Positions 1 to 9,368 of a DNA stretch of 44,550 nt are shown piece after piece. The position numbers and the translations under genes are program-made. Under the pieces are notes generated by a model. It worked only from the letters and a program-made list of their open reading frames with translations, made no database searches and was not told the DNA's origin. How positions within the stretch are numbered: position 1 is the first letter of the stretch; each line of letters opens with the position of its first letter. This stretch comes from a phage, in the sequence record PZ445417.1. One strand, written 5' to 3'.

Positions 1-1386
1 ATGCGTAACTATGCGGCAGAACATCGCGCCCTTGAACGCGCGATCGCAAAGCGAAACCGACCGCCGCGACCAACACGCGTTGCGCAGGCCGTCCGCCTTT
101 ACCAGCCTGATTGCTTGCCGCACCAGGTTGAACTACTGCGAGACACGAAGACTAAAATCCTCGGCCTGTGTTCCGGCTTCGGGGGTGGGAAGTCGTGGGT
201 CGCTGCGCGAAAGGTCATCCAGCTTTTAACACTGAACCCCGGTCATGATGGCATCGTTACAGAACCGACTATTCCCCTCCTGGTTAAAATCATGTACCCG
301 GAATTGGAAAAGGCATTCGACGAGGCTGGATTCCGGTGGAAGTTCAATAAGCAGGACAAGATCTACAACGTGCTGGTGAAAGGCAAATGGACTCGCGTTA
401 TCTGTGAGTCAATGGAGAACTATACCCGCCTGATCGGTATCAACGCCGCGTGGATTGTTGCCGACGAGTTCGACACCACGAAGCAAGACGTCGCGATGGC
501 GGCTTATCACAAATTGCTTGGTCGTCTGCGTGCGGGCCTGGTACGTCAATTCGTCATCGTGTCCACGCCTGAAGGCTTCCGGGCGATGTACCAGATTTTC
601 GAAGTGGAGAAGGATAGCCAGAAGCGTTTGATCCGGGCGAAGACTACCGATAATCACCACTTACCGGCAGACTTTATCGACACTCTGCGCAGCCAGTATC
701 CGGCAAACCTGATTGATGCGTATCTGAACGGCTTGTTTGTCAACCTCACATCTGGCGCGGTATACAAGATGTTTAACCGTGAGGAGAACGCCAGCACTGA
801 AGAAGTGCAACCCGACGACACGCTGATTATCGGTATGGACTTTAACGTCACGAAGATGGCGGCGGTCGTGTACGTCAGACGGCAGCGCATCACCGAGAAC
901 AAGGAGTTCCGCGACGAGATCCACGCAGTGGATGAATTTGTGGACCTGTTTGACACCCCGGCTATGATTGAGGCGATCGAGGAGCGCTACCCAGATCATT
1001 GTGCTGCCGGTCGTGTTGTCGTTTACCCGGATAGCAGTGGTAAGTCTCGTAAGACGGTTAACGCATCGTCGTCAGATATCGCACAACTGGAAGACGCGGG
1101 CTTCGAGGTGGAGTATGACAGCGTTAACCCTCCTGTGAAAGACCGATTGATCGCGATGAATACGATGATGTGCAACTCGAAGGGCGTGCGCCAGTATTTT
1201 GTCAACCTGGATAAATGCCCTACACTAGCGAAATGTCTGGAACAGCAGGTTTACGACCTGAAGAAAGGCGAGCCGGATAAAACCGCCGGTGTGGACCACA
1301 TGAACGATGCCGCGGGCTATCCAATTGCGCACCTGTTCCCAGTGATTCGACCAATCGCCGTTGTTCCAACTGTAGACTTCTACTAA
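1..1386 (+). CDS. terL: terminase large subunit
   Basis: 461-aa ORF starting at base 1. Walker A-like GLCSGFGGGKS and Walker B-like WIVADEFD motifs. Followed by the portal gene; the small terminase ORF at the window end would stop with TAA using base 1 (TAATG overlap). Confidence 0.85.
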   Translation: MRNYAAEHRALERAIAKRNRPPRPTRVAQAVRLYQPDCLPHQVELLRDTKTKILGLCSGFGGGKSWVAARKVIQLLTLNPGHDGIVTEPTIPLLVKIMYPELEKAFDEAGFRWKFNKQDKIYNVLVKGKWTRVICESMENYTRLIGINAAWIVADEFDTTKQDVAMAAYHKLLGRLRAGLVRQFVIVSTPEGFRAMYQIFEVEKDSQKRLIRAKTTDNHHLPADFIDTLRSQYPANLIDAYLNGLFVNLTSGAVYKMFNREENASTEEVQPDDTLIIGMDFNVTKMAAVVYVRRQRITENKEFRDEIHAVDEFVDLFDTPAMIEAIEERYPDHCAAGRVVVYPDSSGKSRKTVNASSSDIAQLEDAGFEVEYDSVNPPVKDRLIAMNTMMCNSKGVRQYFVNLDKCPTLAKCLEQQVYDLKKGEPDKTAGVDHMNDAAGYPIAHLFPVIRPIAVVPTVDFY

Positions 1387-1396
1387 GGAAACGAAC

Positions 1397-2917
1397 ATGA
1401 CCGTTAACGTTGACAACCAGCACCCCCTCTATGCGCGCATCGCGCCAGAGTGGAAAATGATCCGGGATTGTGTAGCAGGGGAGCGCGCTGTGAAGGCGTG
1501 CGGCCCTTTGTACCTGCCGCATCCCGCCAGTGGTGACAATACTGACCCGAAAGCACGGGCGCGGTATAAGGCGTACAAGCAACGCGCTGTATTCCTGAAC
1601 GCCACCGCCCGCACACTTAACGCGCTGTTAGGCGTTGCCTTTGCTAAACCGGTAAGTCTGGACCTTTCCGGGGCGATGGCTGACCTGATTGACGACGTAG
1701 ACGGCAGCGGTATGCCGCTGCCGCAACTCCTGCGCGGTGCTATGTCGGAAGTGCTGCAATCGGGCCGCGCTGGCTTTATGGTGGACTACGACCGCCAGGC
1801 TAACTTTGATGAACTGGGTAACGTAGTGCCGCAGACAGCCGCTGAGATGGCCGCACACCGCCCGCTTATCCGCCTGTATACGGCTGAGCAGATCATCAAC
1901 TGGCGGCAGACCCACGGCGTCGACACGCTAATCGTGCTGAAGGAGACGGACGAAATCAGCACCGAAGACCCGGACGACTTCGCAAACCACGAGGTAACGA
2001 TCTGGACTGAGCTTCGCATGATTAACGGTGTGGCGCATGGTCGCCGCTGGTATTACAACGCGGACACGTCCGAGGTGCAAATGGACTTGCCGCGCGGCTT
2101 CACCCGAACCGACCTTGTACCACTGGTGGATGCCGCCGGTAACGCGCTTACTCAACTGCCATTTTGCTGGTGTGGTGCTGTGGACAACAACGCGACGCCG
2201 GACGCCGCACCGCTGGCGGATATTGCATCCATCAACATTAAGCACTACAACGCCGAAGCAGACGTCGCCGAGATTGCGCACATTGTGGGCCAACCTACAC
2301 TCATTGCGACGGGGCTAACCCAATCATGGGCTGATAAAAACCTGAAGGGTGGCATCGCGCTAGGCGCGACTAAGGGCGTTATCCTGGGTCAGAACATGGA
2401 CGCTAAACTGCTTCAGGCTGAGGAGAGAAACCTGTCAGTTGCGCTGTGTGAGCGACGCGAGTTGCAAATGGCTAAACTTGGCGCGGCCCTGGTCGAGAAG
2501 GGAACCGCACCTAAGACGGCAACTGAAGCGGCCTACGATGCGCAGACTGATAACAGTATCCTGTCACTGATTGCCGGTAACGTTGAGAAGGCTTTCAACC
2601 GTGCGCTGCAAATAGTCAAGCTGTTCACTGGTGACACCGCCGACCAGCGTGTGACGCTGAATAAGTTCTACACCGAGATCACGGTTGACGCACAGCTTAT
2701 GACCGCGATGATGGCAGGTGTGCAGACCGGTACTGTCCGACTGGCTGACTTCATCAAGTGGATGATGGCCCAGGGCGTTATTGATGACTCGCAAACCGTC
2801 GAGCAGGTGGAAGACGAGTTGCGAAATCAGAACCCATTGCCTCAAATGTCCCCGGATGCGGTAGAATCTACCGAAGAAGACCCGGACAAGGTAGCGGACG
2901 ATGGCGAGAACAATTAA
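1397..2917 (+). CDS. portal protein
   Basis: 506-aa ORF, ATG with AAGGAAA RBS, directly after terL. Size, position and acidic C-terminus are typical of portal proteins. Confidence 0.7.
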   Translation: MTVNVDNQHPLYARIAPEWKMIRDCVAGERAVKACGPLYLPHPASGDNTDPKARARYKAYKQRAVFLNATARTLNALLGVAFAKPVSLDLSGAMADLIDDVDGSGMPLPQLLRGAMSEVLQSGRAGFMVDYDRQANFDELGNVVPQTAAEMAAHRPLIRLYTAEQIINWRQTHGVDTLIVLKETDEISTEDPDDFANHEVTIWTELRMINGVAHGRRWYYNADTSEVQMDLPRGFTRTDLVPLVDAAGNALTQLPFCWCGAVDNNATPDAAPLADIASINIKHYNAEADVAEIAHIVGQPTLIATGLTQSWADKNLKGGIALGATKGVILGQNMDAKLLQAEERNLSVALCERRELQMAKLGAALVEKGTAPKTATEAAYDAQTDNSILSLIAGNVEKAFNRALQIVKLFTGDTADQRVTLNKFYTEITVDAQLMTAMMAGVQTGTVRLADFIKWMMAQGVIDDSQTVEQVEDELRNQNPLPQMSPDAVESTEEDPDKVADDGENN

Positions 2918-4004
2918 TCAATATATGGCGGACCGCATGATCCGCCGTCACATCTTCACCCAGCGCCTGAGCAATGACCAGGCGCGGAGGGTGTTGGCTA
3001 TGTGGGAGAAGTTCCGGCCCACGTTACTGGGTAAGCTGACCGAGTTACTTGATGGCAAAAAGTCCATGAACAACAAGGCACTTACCACTTTGTTAGCGCA
3101 ACTTGACAAGACCGTTAAAACAGAACTGCGCACCGAGTTTAAGGCGTTGGCTGAAAGCCTTCAGGAGTTCGCCGACACGGAGGCTGATTATCTCACCGAC
3201 ACATTAACGGCAGCGATCCAGCCGGTGGTCGCCGTACCGGCGGTCGAGGTGGTTGGCGTAGTGACCGGTGCGCAGATCGCAGCGACGGCAATGAAAAACC
3301 CGTTCCTGGGTAATACGATGATGCAATGGCCTGACTCACTTTCTGAGTGGACAAGGACGCAGATCGGCAATCAGGTGCGCGCCGGATTCATCCAGGGCAA
3401 GCCAACGACGGAAATTATCGCGGACGTGAGGCGCGCGCTAGGTGGTCGTAGTGCGCAAGCCATCTCAAGCGTTGTTAAGTCCGCAGTCAACCACTATGCG
3501 GCGACCGCCCGCGAACTAATGGTAAAAGCAAATGACGATATTCTCGAAGGTCGCCAATGGTTATCTACATTGGACACGCATACTTCTCCCATGTGCCAGC
3601 TACGCGATCGCCTGTTTTATCCGGTTGATGCTACTCCCGACACCAAAGGAAAGCGCGGCGGGAAAGTGGTGGCGGGATCACAATATGGCGCTGGTCCGGG
3701 CAAGCTACATTATTGCTGCCGTTCGACTGAGACGTGGAAAGTCAAAGGTATGGAAGACTGGCCCAGTGGTAAGCGTCCGGCACTGAAGGCTGACGCGGGT
3801 CGGTTGCTGAGTGAGCAGGCGGACGCGCAGACTGATTTCTTCTCATGGGTGCAGCGCCAGCCGCGCCATATCCTGGAAGAATTATACGGGGTGCAACGCG
3901 CCGACCAGATTATGCGCGGTGTGAAAGTGCCTAAGATGTTCACCGACACCGGCGAACTAATGACTATTGCACAGCTTAAAAACCGGGGGTTGTGGCGTGA
4001 TTAA
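2901..4004 (+). CDS. head morphogenesis protein (Mu gpF / SPP1 gp7-like minor head protein)
   Basis: 367-aa ORF overlapping the portal 3' end. Assigned by position after portal and by overall resemblance recalled from memory, not by search. Confidence 0.55.
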   Translation: MARTINQYMADRMIRRHIFTQRLSNDQARRVLAMWEKFRPTLLGKLTELLDGKKSMNNKALTTLLAQLDKTVKTELRTEFKALAESLQEFADTEADYLTDTLTAAIQPVVAVPAVEVVGVVTGAQIAATAMKNPFLGNTMMQWPDSLSEWTRTQIGNQVRAGFIQGKPTTEIIADVRRALGGRSAQAISSVVKSAVNHYAATARELMVKANDDILEGRQWLSTLDTHTSPMCQLRDRLFYPVDATPDTKGKRGGKVVAGSQYGAGPGKLHYCCRSTETWKVKGMEDWPSGKRPALKADAGRLLSEQADAQTDFFSWVQRQPRHILEELYGVQRADQIMRGVKVPKMFTDTGELMTIAQLKNRGLWRD

Positions 4005-4305
4005 GTATGCAGCGATTGGGTTGGTAATAGGTCTGGCGGTTGGATTCTGGCAGGGTAATTCCTACCGCGCGGGCGTTGTGGCGAGAGCGGCGCAAGAAGC
4101 GCAAGCCGAAGCCCAACGGCAGCAAACTAAAGTTATTGAGCGCTCCGCGCAGGCCGAACAAGCCCGCGATGTGGAATACCGGACTATCACGAAAGAGGTT
4201 GTGAAATATGTTACGCGTCCTAACCGTCCTGATTGTAGTTTTGATGCTGAGCGCGTGCGGATCAAGCAAAGCGCCATCGACGCCGCTAACCGAGTCGGTC
4301 TATAG
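3997..4305 (+). CDS. Rz: Rz-like i-spanin
   Basis: GTG start with GGGGG RBS. N-terminal TM segment YAAIGLVIGLAVGFW followed by an A/Q/E/R-rich coiled-coil region. Contains the embedded Rz1 ORF in another frame. Confidence 0.6.
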   Translation: MIKYAAIGLVIGLAVGFWQGNSYRAGVVARAAQEAQAEAQRQQTKVIERSAQAEQARDVEYRTITKEVVKYVTRPNRPDCSFDAERVRIKQSAIDAANRVGL

Positions 4306-4438
4306 GCCGCCTTGCACCTTTGAGAATGCCTCGGCAGACCCAGACGAAGACTTGCTGGTCGATGTTAAGAATATGGAATGTGGTGCGAAGCTGAGGGCGC
4401 AAGTGCTGGAGTTGCAGAAAATAATTCGGGGGCCGTGA
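4208..4438 (+). CDS. Rz1: Rz1-like o-spanin (outer-membrane lipoprotein)
   Basis: ATG with AAGAGG RBS. Signal peptide MLRVLTVLIVVLMLSAC with lipobox LSAC, proline-rich mature part. Starts inside Rz out of frame and runs past the Rz stop; its stop lies in the terminator hairpin. Confidence 0.6.
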   Translation: MLRVLTVLIVVLMLSACGSSKAPSTPLTESVYRPPCTFENASADPDEDLLVDVKNMECGAKLRAQVLELQKIIRGP

Positions 4439-4452
4439 AGGCCCCCTTTTTG
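4425..4452. terminator. rho-independent terminator, probably bidirectional
   Basis: GGGGGCC-gtgaa-GGCCCCC hairpin followed by TTTTTGTT on plus. It sits between convergent genes Rz1 (+) and 4453-5217 (-). Confidence 0.6.
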
Positions 4453-5217
4453 TTAGCGAGGAATACCGCAGATCTCGTTTAACGTCTTCACGTCCAGCGC
4501 CACCGCCGTGGACTTCGGCTTGTCAGGGTATGGAATGAACTGTTCCACTTCAGGCCACGCCTTGATCAGCTTCGTATCGGTATTGTGCATATCCAGCACG
4601 CCGGTAACGGTTAGTTTGAACGCGTCATACTTAGCTCGCAAATCGCGGCGGGCCTTGTCGTTACGGGCCAGTCGCTTACAGAAAGCATGATCTGCCGGGT
4701 AATCCACGCGACCGCGCGGAAGATATATCGGCAGCGCTTTCCCGTCCTCGTCCAATTCACACACTGACGCGAGCATCACTTCTTCGTATCCGGGTACAAT
4801 ATCGCCGAGGTCAGGCGCGAGCTTGTTCATGTATTTGATGTTCCAGTATCCGCGATGTGTGCGGTTTTGGTGTCCGTCGCCGCTCAATGACAAGGTGCGA
4901 ACATTACCGCCCGCGTTGATTTCGAATGTGGCGTCATAAACTCTTCCGATACCTTTCGGGTGGTCGGTGTTATTGCGATACGTCGCGAGGTTGGTGTAGA
5001 CGTGGACGCTGTACATGGGCGACTTGGCACCGTCTAGTGCTGCGATGTGTGTGCGTAACTCGGCGAAAGTGCGAATGCCTTTTGGCATACAGTCCAGCGT
5101 AATGGCGTACGCCAGGTCGCGAGAGTCCATCATGATTGATTTGGCTTCGGTAGCGATTTCATGGTCGCGCAGGATGTTAGCCAGAATCTGGTTTTTAATG
5201 TCTTTCGTCAGTCTCAT
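4453..5217 (-). CDS. hypothetical protein (254 aa), minus-strand insert in the head gene block
   Basis: Long ORF. Preferred start is the ATG at 5217 (MRLTKD...) with a GAGGA RBS; the track start at 5262 lacks one. Own upstream promoter-like motifs and a downstream hairpin. No recognisable motif. Confidence 0.6.
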   Translation of the reverse strand: MRLTKDIKNQILANILRDHEIATEAKSIMMDSRDLAYAITLDCMPKGIRTFAELRTHIAALDGAKSPMYSVHVYTNLATYRNNTDHPKGIGRVYDATFEINAGGNVRTLSLSGDGHQNRTHRGYWNIKYMNKLAPDLGDIVPGYEEVMLASVCELDEDGKALPIYLPRGRVDYPADHAFCKRLARNDKARRDLRAKYDAFKLTVTGVLDMHNTDTKLIKAWPEVEQFIPYPDKPKSTAVALDVKTLNEICGIPR

Positions 5218-5239
5218 TTGTGTGTCCTCGTTGTTGGTG

Positions 5240-5279
5240 TGCAACCAATATATTGCAACCAATACGCAGATTGCAAGCG
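5240..5279 (-). promoter_or_regulatory. promoter-like region with tandem ATTGGTTGCA motifs
   Basis: On the minus strand: TTGCAA, 18 bp, TATATT, with two ATTGGTTGCA copies, immediately upstream of the RBS of 4453-5217. The leader ATATTGGTTGCACACCAACAA is almost identical to the one at 39388-39410. Confidence 0.45.
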
Positions 5280-5366
5280 AATTTTGCGATTATTTTTATC
5301 GCTGATAATATTAGAAGCGTGAAGTCGAGCGGGTGGCCTGCTCTGCCACAATCCCAGGGGGATAGC

Positions 5367-6071
5367 ATGAAACTTACTAAAGCAGAATATGACGCGTTGC
5401 CGGAAGGTATGAAGGCGCTTTTTGTTGCCGATGGTGACGGGTATAAATCAACGTTCATGACCGCAGAAGAAGTACAGGCGGAAATCAAGGGTCTGAAAGA
5501 CAACAACGCTAAGCTGGTGAGCGAGAAGAAAGCAGAAGCCGAACGCCGCGCCGAAGCCGAGCGCCTTGCGAAAGAGAAAGAGGAAGCCGCCGCGCGCAAA
5601 AATGGCGACCTCGAAGCGATCGATAAGTCCTGGAAGGATAAGTTTGCGAAACACGAAGCAGACACATCGGGAAAAATCGAAGCCTACCGCAAGCAGATCC
5701 ACGACCTAACCATCGGCAGCGCTGCCAAAGACCTGGCCTCGAAGCTGTTCGGTAAGAATGCTGGGATCATGCAACGCCACGTAATGGACCGCCTGACGCT
5801 GGAAGACGGAGAAGACGGCAGCTTGAAAGTGCGTGTCTTGCAGGATGGCAAACCGTCCGCGCTGACGATGGAAGAGCTTGAAAAAGAGTTCCGTCATAAC
5901 GCCGATTTTGCATCCGTCCTGGCTGGCACGCCAGCCGGTGGCGCGCCTAGCAAACCGACGCAGGTTGTCGAAGATGTGAAGTCGAAAATCACTATGGGCC
6001 ATAGCTTCGGTATCACTGACCTTACAAAACAGGCGGGGGATATCATCGCGAAGATGGGCGACGACGAGTAA
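5367..6071 (+). CDS. putative scaffolding protein
   Basis: 234 aa from the ATG at 5367 (RBS GGGGGA). Charged helical region AEAERRAEAERLAKEKEEAAARK. Lies immediately upstream of the major capsid gene. Confidence 0.5.
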   Translation: MKLTKAEYDALPEGMKALFVADGDGYKSTFMTAEEVQAEIKGLKDNNAKLVSEKKAEAERRAEAERLAKEKEEAAARKNGDLEAIDKSWKDKFAKHEADTSGKIEAYRKQIHDLTIGSAAKDLASKLFGKNAGIMQRHVMDRLTLEDGEDGSLKVRVLQDGKPSALTMEELEKEFRHNADFASVLAGTPAGGAPSKPTQVVEDVKSKITMGHSFGITDLTKQAGDIIAKMGDDE

Positions 6072-6075
6072 GCAG

Positions 6076-6100
6076 ATTGCCCGCGAAAGCGGGCAATTTT
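6076..6100 (+). terminator. hairpin with short U-tract (possible attenuator)
   Basis: ATTGCCCGC-gaaa-GCGGGCAAT stem followed by TTTT, between the scaffold and capsid genes. Confidence 0.4.
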
Positions 6101-6168
6101 GCGAGCGCGGAAATCTAAGGTAACATTAACGTCACTGGGCGAATGCTCACAACTCAAAGGATTTCGAT

Positions 6169-7269
6169 ATGTCTTTAACAGTGTTCCAGCGTAAACTCGT
6201 TACCGCGGTTACGCAAATGATCCCCGACAACCTGAACGTTTTCAACGCCGCCGCCAATGGCGCTGTTGTTCTTGGTACGGGTGAAGTGCTGAAGGATGTT
6301 GTAGAGAAAATGTCCGTAGGCTTGATCGCCAACCTTGTTACCGACCGTAACGCCTACGCCCCGGTCGGCACTCCGGCAACCGCTAAAGTGCTGGCGCGTA
6401 TGCTGACCAACTCGGTTAACCTTTCCGCGAAAGTGGGTCCGGTGGCAATCACTAAGGCTATGATGGCTAAGATCGAAACCAACGTTAACAGCGTTGCGGC
6501 TGAGATTGCGGCGCAGGCCACTCAAGCGATTTTGTTGCACTACCTGAAAGCGGGTATCGGTGCGGGTAAAGCGGCGATCGAAAGCAACGCAGCGGCAAAA
6601 TACACCCAACCGGCGCGCGTTGACGGCGTTGGCGGTCGTACCTTCCCGACCCTGGCAGACTTCCCGCTGGCGGCTTCTAAGTTCGGCGATCAGGCGTCTT
6701 TGATTAAATCCTGGTTTATGGACGGCGTTACCTGGGCAAACTTTATTGCATACCAGGCGCTCCCGTCTGCCGAGCAGGTATTCGCAATTGGCGATCTCCA
6801 GGTAATGGGAGATGGCCTGGGCCGTCGCTTCATTATCTCCGATGCCGCTGCCGATGCTATGGGTGCTGGTAACATGCTGGGCCTGGTCCCTGGCGCGGTT
6901 GCAGTTACCACCAACGGCCTTGATATGCTGGCGCAGGAGAAAGGCGGTAACGAGAACATCGAGCGCTGGTGGCAGGGCGAGTTCGACTTCAACGTGGCTG
7001 TTAAAGGCTATCGTCTGAAGGCGTCCGCTCGTACCCCGATCGAAGGCGTCCGCTCGTTCAAACTGGACGATATTACCACTTCCGCTAACTGGGAACTGGA
7101 CCAGGGCCAGGTAGACAACGCACCGGCAACCGTTCAGGATGTTGGCGCTGTGGGTGATGGCGATACTAAAGGTCGTCGTAAGACCCAGGCTGCACAGGCA
7201 GTGCCTACCCGTCACATCAAGGAAACCGCTGGCGTACTGGTTACGCTGACTGCTACCACAGCGTCTTAA
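6169..7269 (+). CDS. major capsid protein
   Basis: 366-aa ORF, ATG with AAAGGA RBS, after the scaffold gene and followed by a strong terminator. Composition typical of major capsid proteins. Confidence 0.7.
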   Translation: MSLTVFQRKLVTAVTQMIPDNLNVFNAAANGAVVLGTGEVLKDVVEKMSVGLIANLVTDRNAYAPVGTPATAKVLARMLTNSVNLSAKVGPVAITKAMMAKIETNVNSVAAEIAAQATQAILLHYLKAGIGAGKAAIESNAAAKYTQPARVDGVGGRTFPTLADFPLAASKFGDQASLIKSWFMDGVTWANFIAYQALPSAEQVFAIGDLQVMGDGLGRRFIISDAAADAMGAGNMLGLVPGAVAVTTNGLDMLAQEKGGNENIERWWQGEFDFNVAVKGYRLKASARTPIEGVRSFKLDDITTSANWELDQGQVDNAPATVQDVGAVGDGDTKGRRKTQAAQAVPTRHIKETAGVLVTLTATTAS

Positions 7270-7287
7270 TCGACGCACATCCCAAAT

Positions 7288-7314
7288 GGGCGGGCTTATG
7301 CCCGCCTTTTTTTT
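7288..7314 (+). terminator. rho-independent terminator
   Basis: GGCGGGC-ttat-GCCCGCC hairpin followed by T8. Confidence 0.7.
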
Positions 7315-7329
7315 ATAGGAGTGAATATA

Positions 7330-7830
7330 ATGTATGGCGACCCGCAAACCTTTGTCGATTATGCCGCTGCGCGAGGCGTTGAAATTACGCTAGGCGATGC
7401 AACGCAACACCTCACCATCGTTAATGACTTCCTTAACGGCATCAACTGGATCGGCGAACCCGCAGACCCGACTGGCGTCGACGCATGGCCCCGCATCAAC
7501 TACCCATCGGACGGTAAGCCGGTGCGCGACACGCTTACTGAAGTTGTGGCGGTAGTGCCTGCCGGGCAAATCGTAGACTTTGCATCAATCCCCGTCGCCG
7601 TTGAGCAGGCCGTTTACCGGCTGGCGCTGTTGGTGGCGGACGAGATCGATATTTCTCCGGTCGGCGATGGTAAAGAGACTATCCGCGAAACGGTTGGCCC
7701 GATCACGATGGAATACGACCCGGCGTCGATTGGTAGCGGGGTATCGTTCCCGTGGTGGGATGGCTTGTTAGGGCACTGGGTTGATTCTGGCGGCAACGCC
7801 GTAGGCAATTTCGACGTATTCAGGGGGTAA
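7330..7830 (+). CDS. putative head-tail adaptor / head completion protein
   Basis: 166 aa from the ATG at 7330 (AGGAG RBS). Position between capsid and tail genes; function inferred from synteny only. Confidence 0.4.
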   Translation: MYGDPQTFVDYAAARGVEITLGDATQHLTIVNDFLNGINWIGEPADPTGVDAWPRINYPSDGKPVRDTLTEVVAVVPAGQIVDFASIPVAVEQAVYRLALLVADEIDISPVGDGKETIRETVGPITMEYDPASIGSGVSFPWWDGLLGHWVDSGGNAVGNFDVFRG

Positions 7831-7831
7831 T

Positions 7832-7951
7832 ATGAATCCTGCATTACTCGCGGCGATTATCGCCGCCAACACTAAACAGCCACCGGAACAAGAACCGGAG
7901 CCAGAACCAGTACCACCGGCACAGGAGAGCGAAGACGATGGCGGGCTTTAA
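7832..7951 (+). CDS. small hypothetical protein (39 aa, Pro/Glu-rich)
   Basis: ATG with AGGGGG RBS. Fills the gap between neighbouring genes and overlaps the next start. Not in the ORF track because it is under 60 aa. Confidence 0.3.
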   Translation: MNPALLAAIIAANTKQPPEQEPEPEPVPPAQESEDDGGL

Positions 7952-8291
7952 TTACGCAGGATTAAAGCGGAAAGTGAATCCGCTGATTAAAAAATTCGGC
8001 ATGACCGTTAAGGTTACGCGTCCGGGATCGGTTGACCGTGTAGACGGCGACGAAGTGGTAATCCCGCCAACGTCGTTTGACGTCATCGGTCTTCGCGAGG
8101 AGTACAAGCCTAGCGAGATCGACGGAACGCGTATCGTTGCCGGTGATGTGAAGTTTTTATGTCGGGCGGTTGAGCAATTGCGGGTGGGCGACCTGGTTAA
8201 CCTGAACGGCACTGACTTCCGGGTCGTCAACCCTAACCCACTGCAACCGGCGGGCACTACCATGCTGTTTCAACTACAGCTAAGGGGCTAA
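7938..8291 (+). CDS. putative head-tail joining protein
   Basis: 117 aa, ATG with AGGAGA RBS. Assigned by synteny in the connector region. Confidence 0.4.
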   Translation: MAGFNYAGLKRKVNPLIKKFGMTVKVTRPGSVDRVDGDEVVIPPTSFDVIGLREEYKPSEIDGTRIVAGDVKFLCRAVEQLRVGDLVNLNGTDFRVVNPNPLQPAGTTMLFQLQLRG

Positions 8292-8292
8292 C

Positions 8293-8886
8293 GTGGCTGA
8301 AGTCTACTCATTCGCCGCCACTATTGCTACGTGGGTGGATACGACGAAGGAGAACAACGACAAGGCGGTGCGGGCGTACGGTATGCAAATACTCGGACGC
8401 CTTATTGAGATCTCCCCGGTAGGCGACCCACGCCGGTGGAAGATTAACAAGGCCTACGCGCTTGCACGCGAACACGCGAACAAGGTGAACGCCGCACAGC
8501 GCCGCAAGAATGGCGGCAAACTGAAGCGCGGGCAGAAGAAGCACGCCAGTGTGCTCATCTCATTCAAAACTAAAAACGGCAACGTCACGTTCCGCCAGCG
8601 TGGCTGGGCGGCGAAGAATTACACCGGCGGACGCTTCCGGGGAAACTGGCAGGTTACGTTCGACCGTCCGGCTGTAGGCGCTATCGACCGCGTGGACAAG
8701 GCCGGAACGGCAACATTAGCCGCAGGGCGTGAAGTGCTGGCGCATTATGATTCTGGCGAATATGGGTCGATCTGGTTTACGAACAATGTGCCGTACGCGC
8801 AGCGACTGGAGTATGGCTGGAGTAAACAAGCGCCTGCGGGTATTGTTCGCGTCGTAGCGGCAGAAATTAATTCGAAGGTGAAATAA
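8293..8886 (+). CDS. putative neck / tail completion protein
   Basis: 197 aa with a probable GTG start after AAGGGG. Assigned by synteny. Confidence 0.4.
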   Translation: MAEVYSFAATIATWVDTTKENNDKAVRAYGMQILGRLIEISPVGDPRRWKINKAYALAREHANKVNAAQRRKNGGKLKRGQKKHASVLISFKTKNGNVTFRQRGWAAKNYTGGRFRGNWQVTFDRPAVGAIDRVDKAGTATLAAGREVLAHYDSGEYGSIWFTNNVPYAQRLEYGWSKQAPAGIVRVVAAEINSKVK

Positions 8887-9308
8887 TGAGCAATACTCTA
8901 ATCCGCAAGGCGCTTAACAGCGTAGTTGAAGAATTAGCGGTGAGCCTGAGCACTAATCCGCGTCCGATCCAGGTTAACTGGGAGAACGTGAGCGGAGACC
9001 ACGCAAACGGCAGCGGTGTCTATCTGGAACCGTACCTGCTTCCGGCCCCGACCCAGTTTGTGGGCTTCCAGCAGAAGGGCCGGATCTATGCAGGTGTCTA
9101 TCAGGTTGCTGTGGTATTTCCTGCGGGCACGGGCACACAGTATGCGAGTGAGCTGGCGGACGCCATCGCGACGTCTGACAAGTGGCAGGCCGTAAGGCTT
9201 ACTGGCGCTTCATTCCAGCTTCAGGACGCGCCCTACACCAGTTCGGTGATTGAGGATGTTGATCGTGCCCGCATCGTGGTCACAGTCCCCTACACCTGTT
9301 GCGCCTGA
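8886..9308 (+). CDS. putative tail terminator protein
   Basis: 140 aa, ATG overlapping the previous stop. Lies immediately upstream of the major tail gene. Confidence 0.4.
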   Translation: MSNTLIRKALNSVVEELAVSLSTNPRPIQVNWENVSGDHANGSGVYLEPYLLPAPTQFVGFQQKGRIYAGVYQVAVVFPAGTGTQYASELADAIATSDKWQAVRLTGASFQLQDAPYTSSVIEDVDRARIVVTVPYTCCA

Positions 9309-9368
9309 TTTGGCGCAATTCTATGCGTGCGGTATCATTAATCCGTATATCTAAACAGGAGCGTCATT

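Noticed and set aside
6175-7347. 390-aa minus-strand ORF antisense to the major capsid gene
   Set aside because: It fully overlaps a well-supported plus-strand gene in a uniformly plus-strand operon, has no RBS or promoter and a Cys/Arg-rich composition typical of antisense artefacts. Similar antisense ORFs (for example 31333-32334 opposite the polymerase, 33938-34462 opposite the exonuclease, 38060-38797 opposite the primase, 23169-23585 opposite the fibre) were rejected for the same reason.
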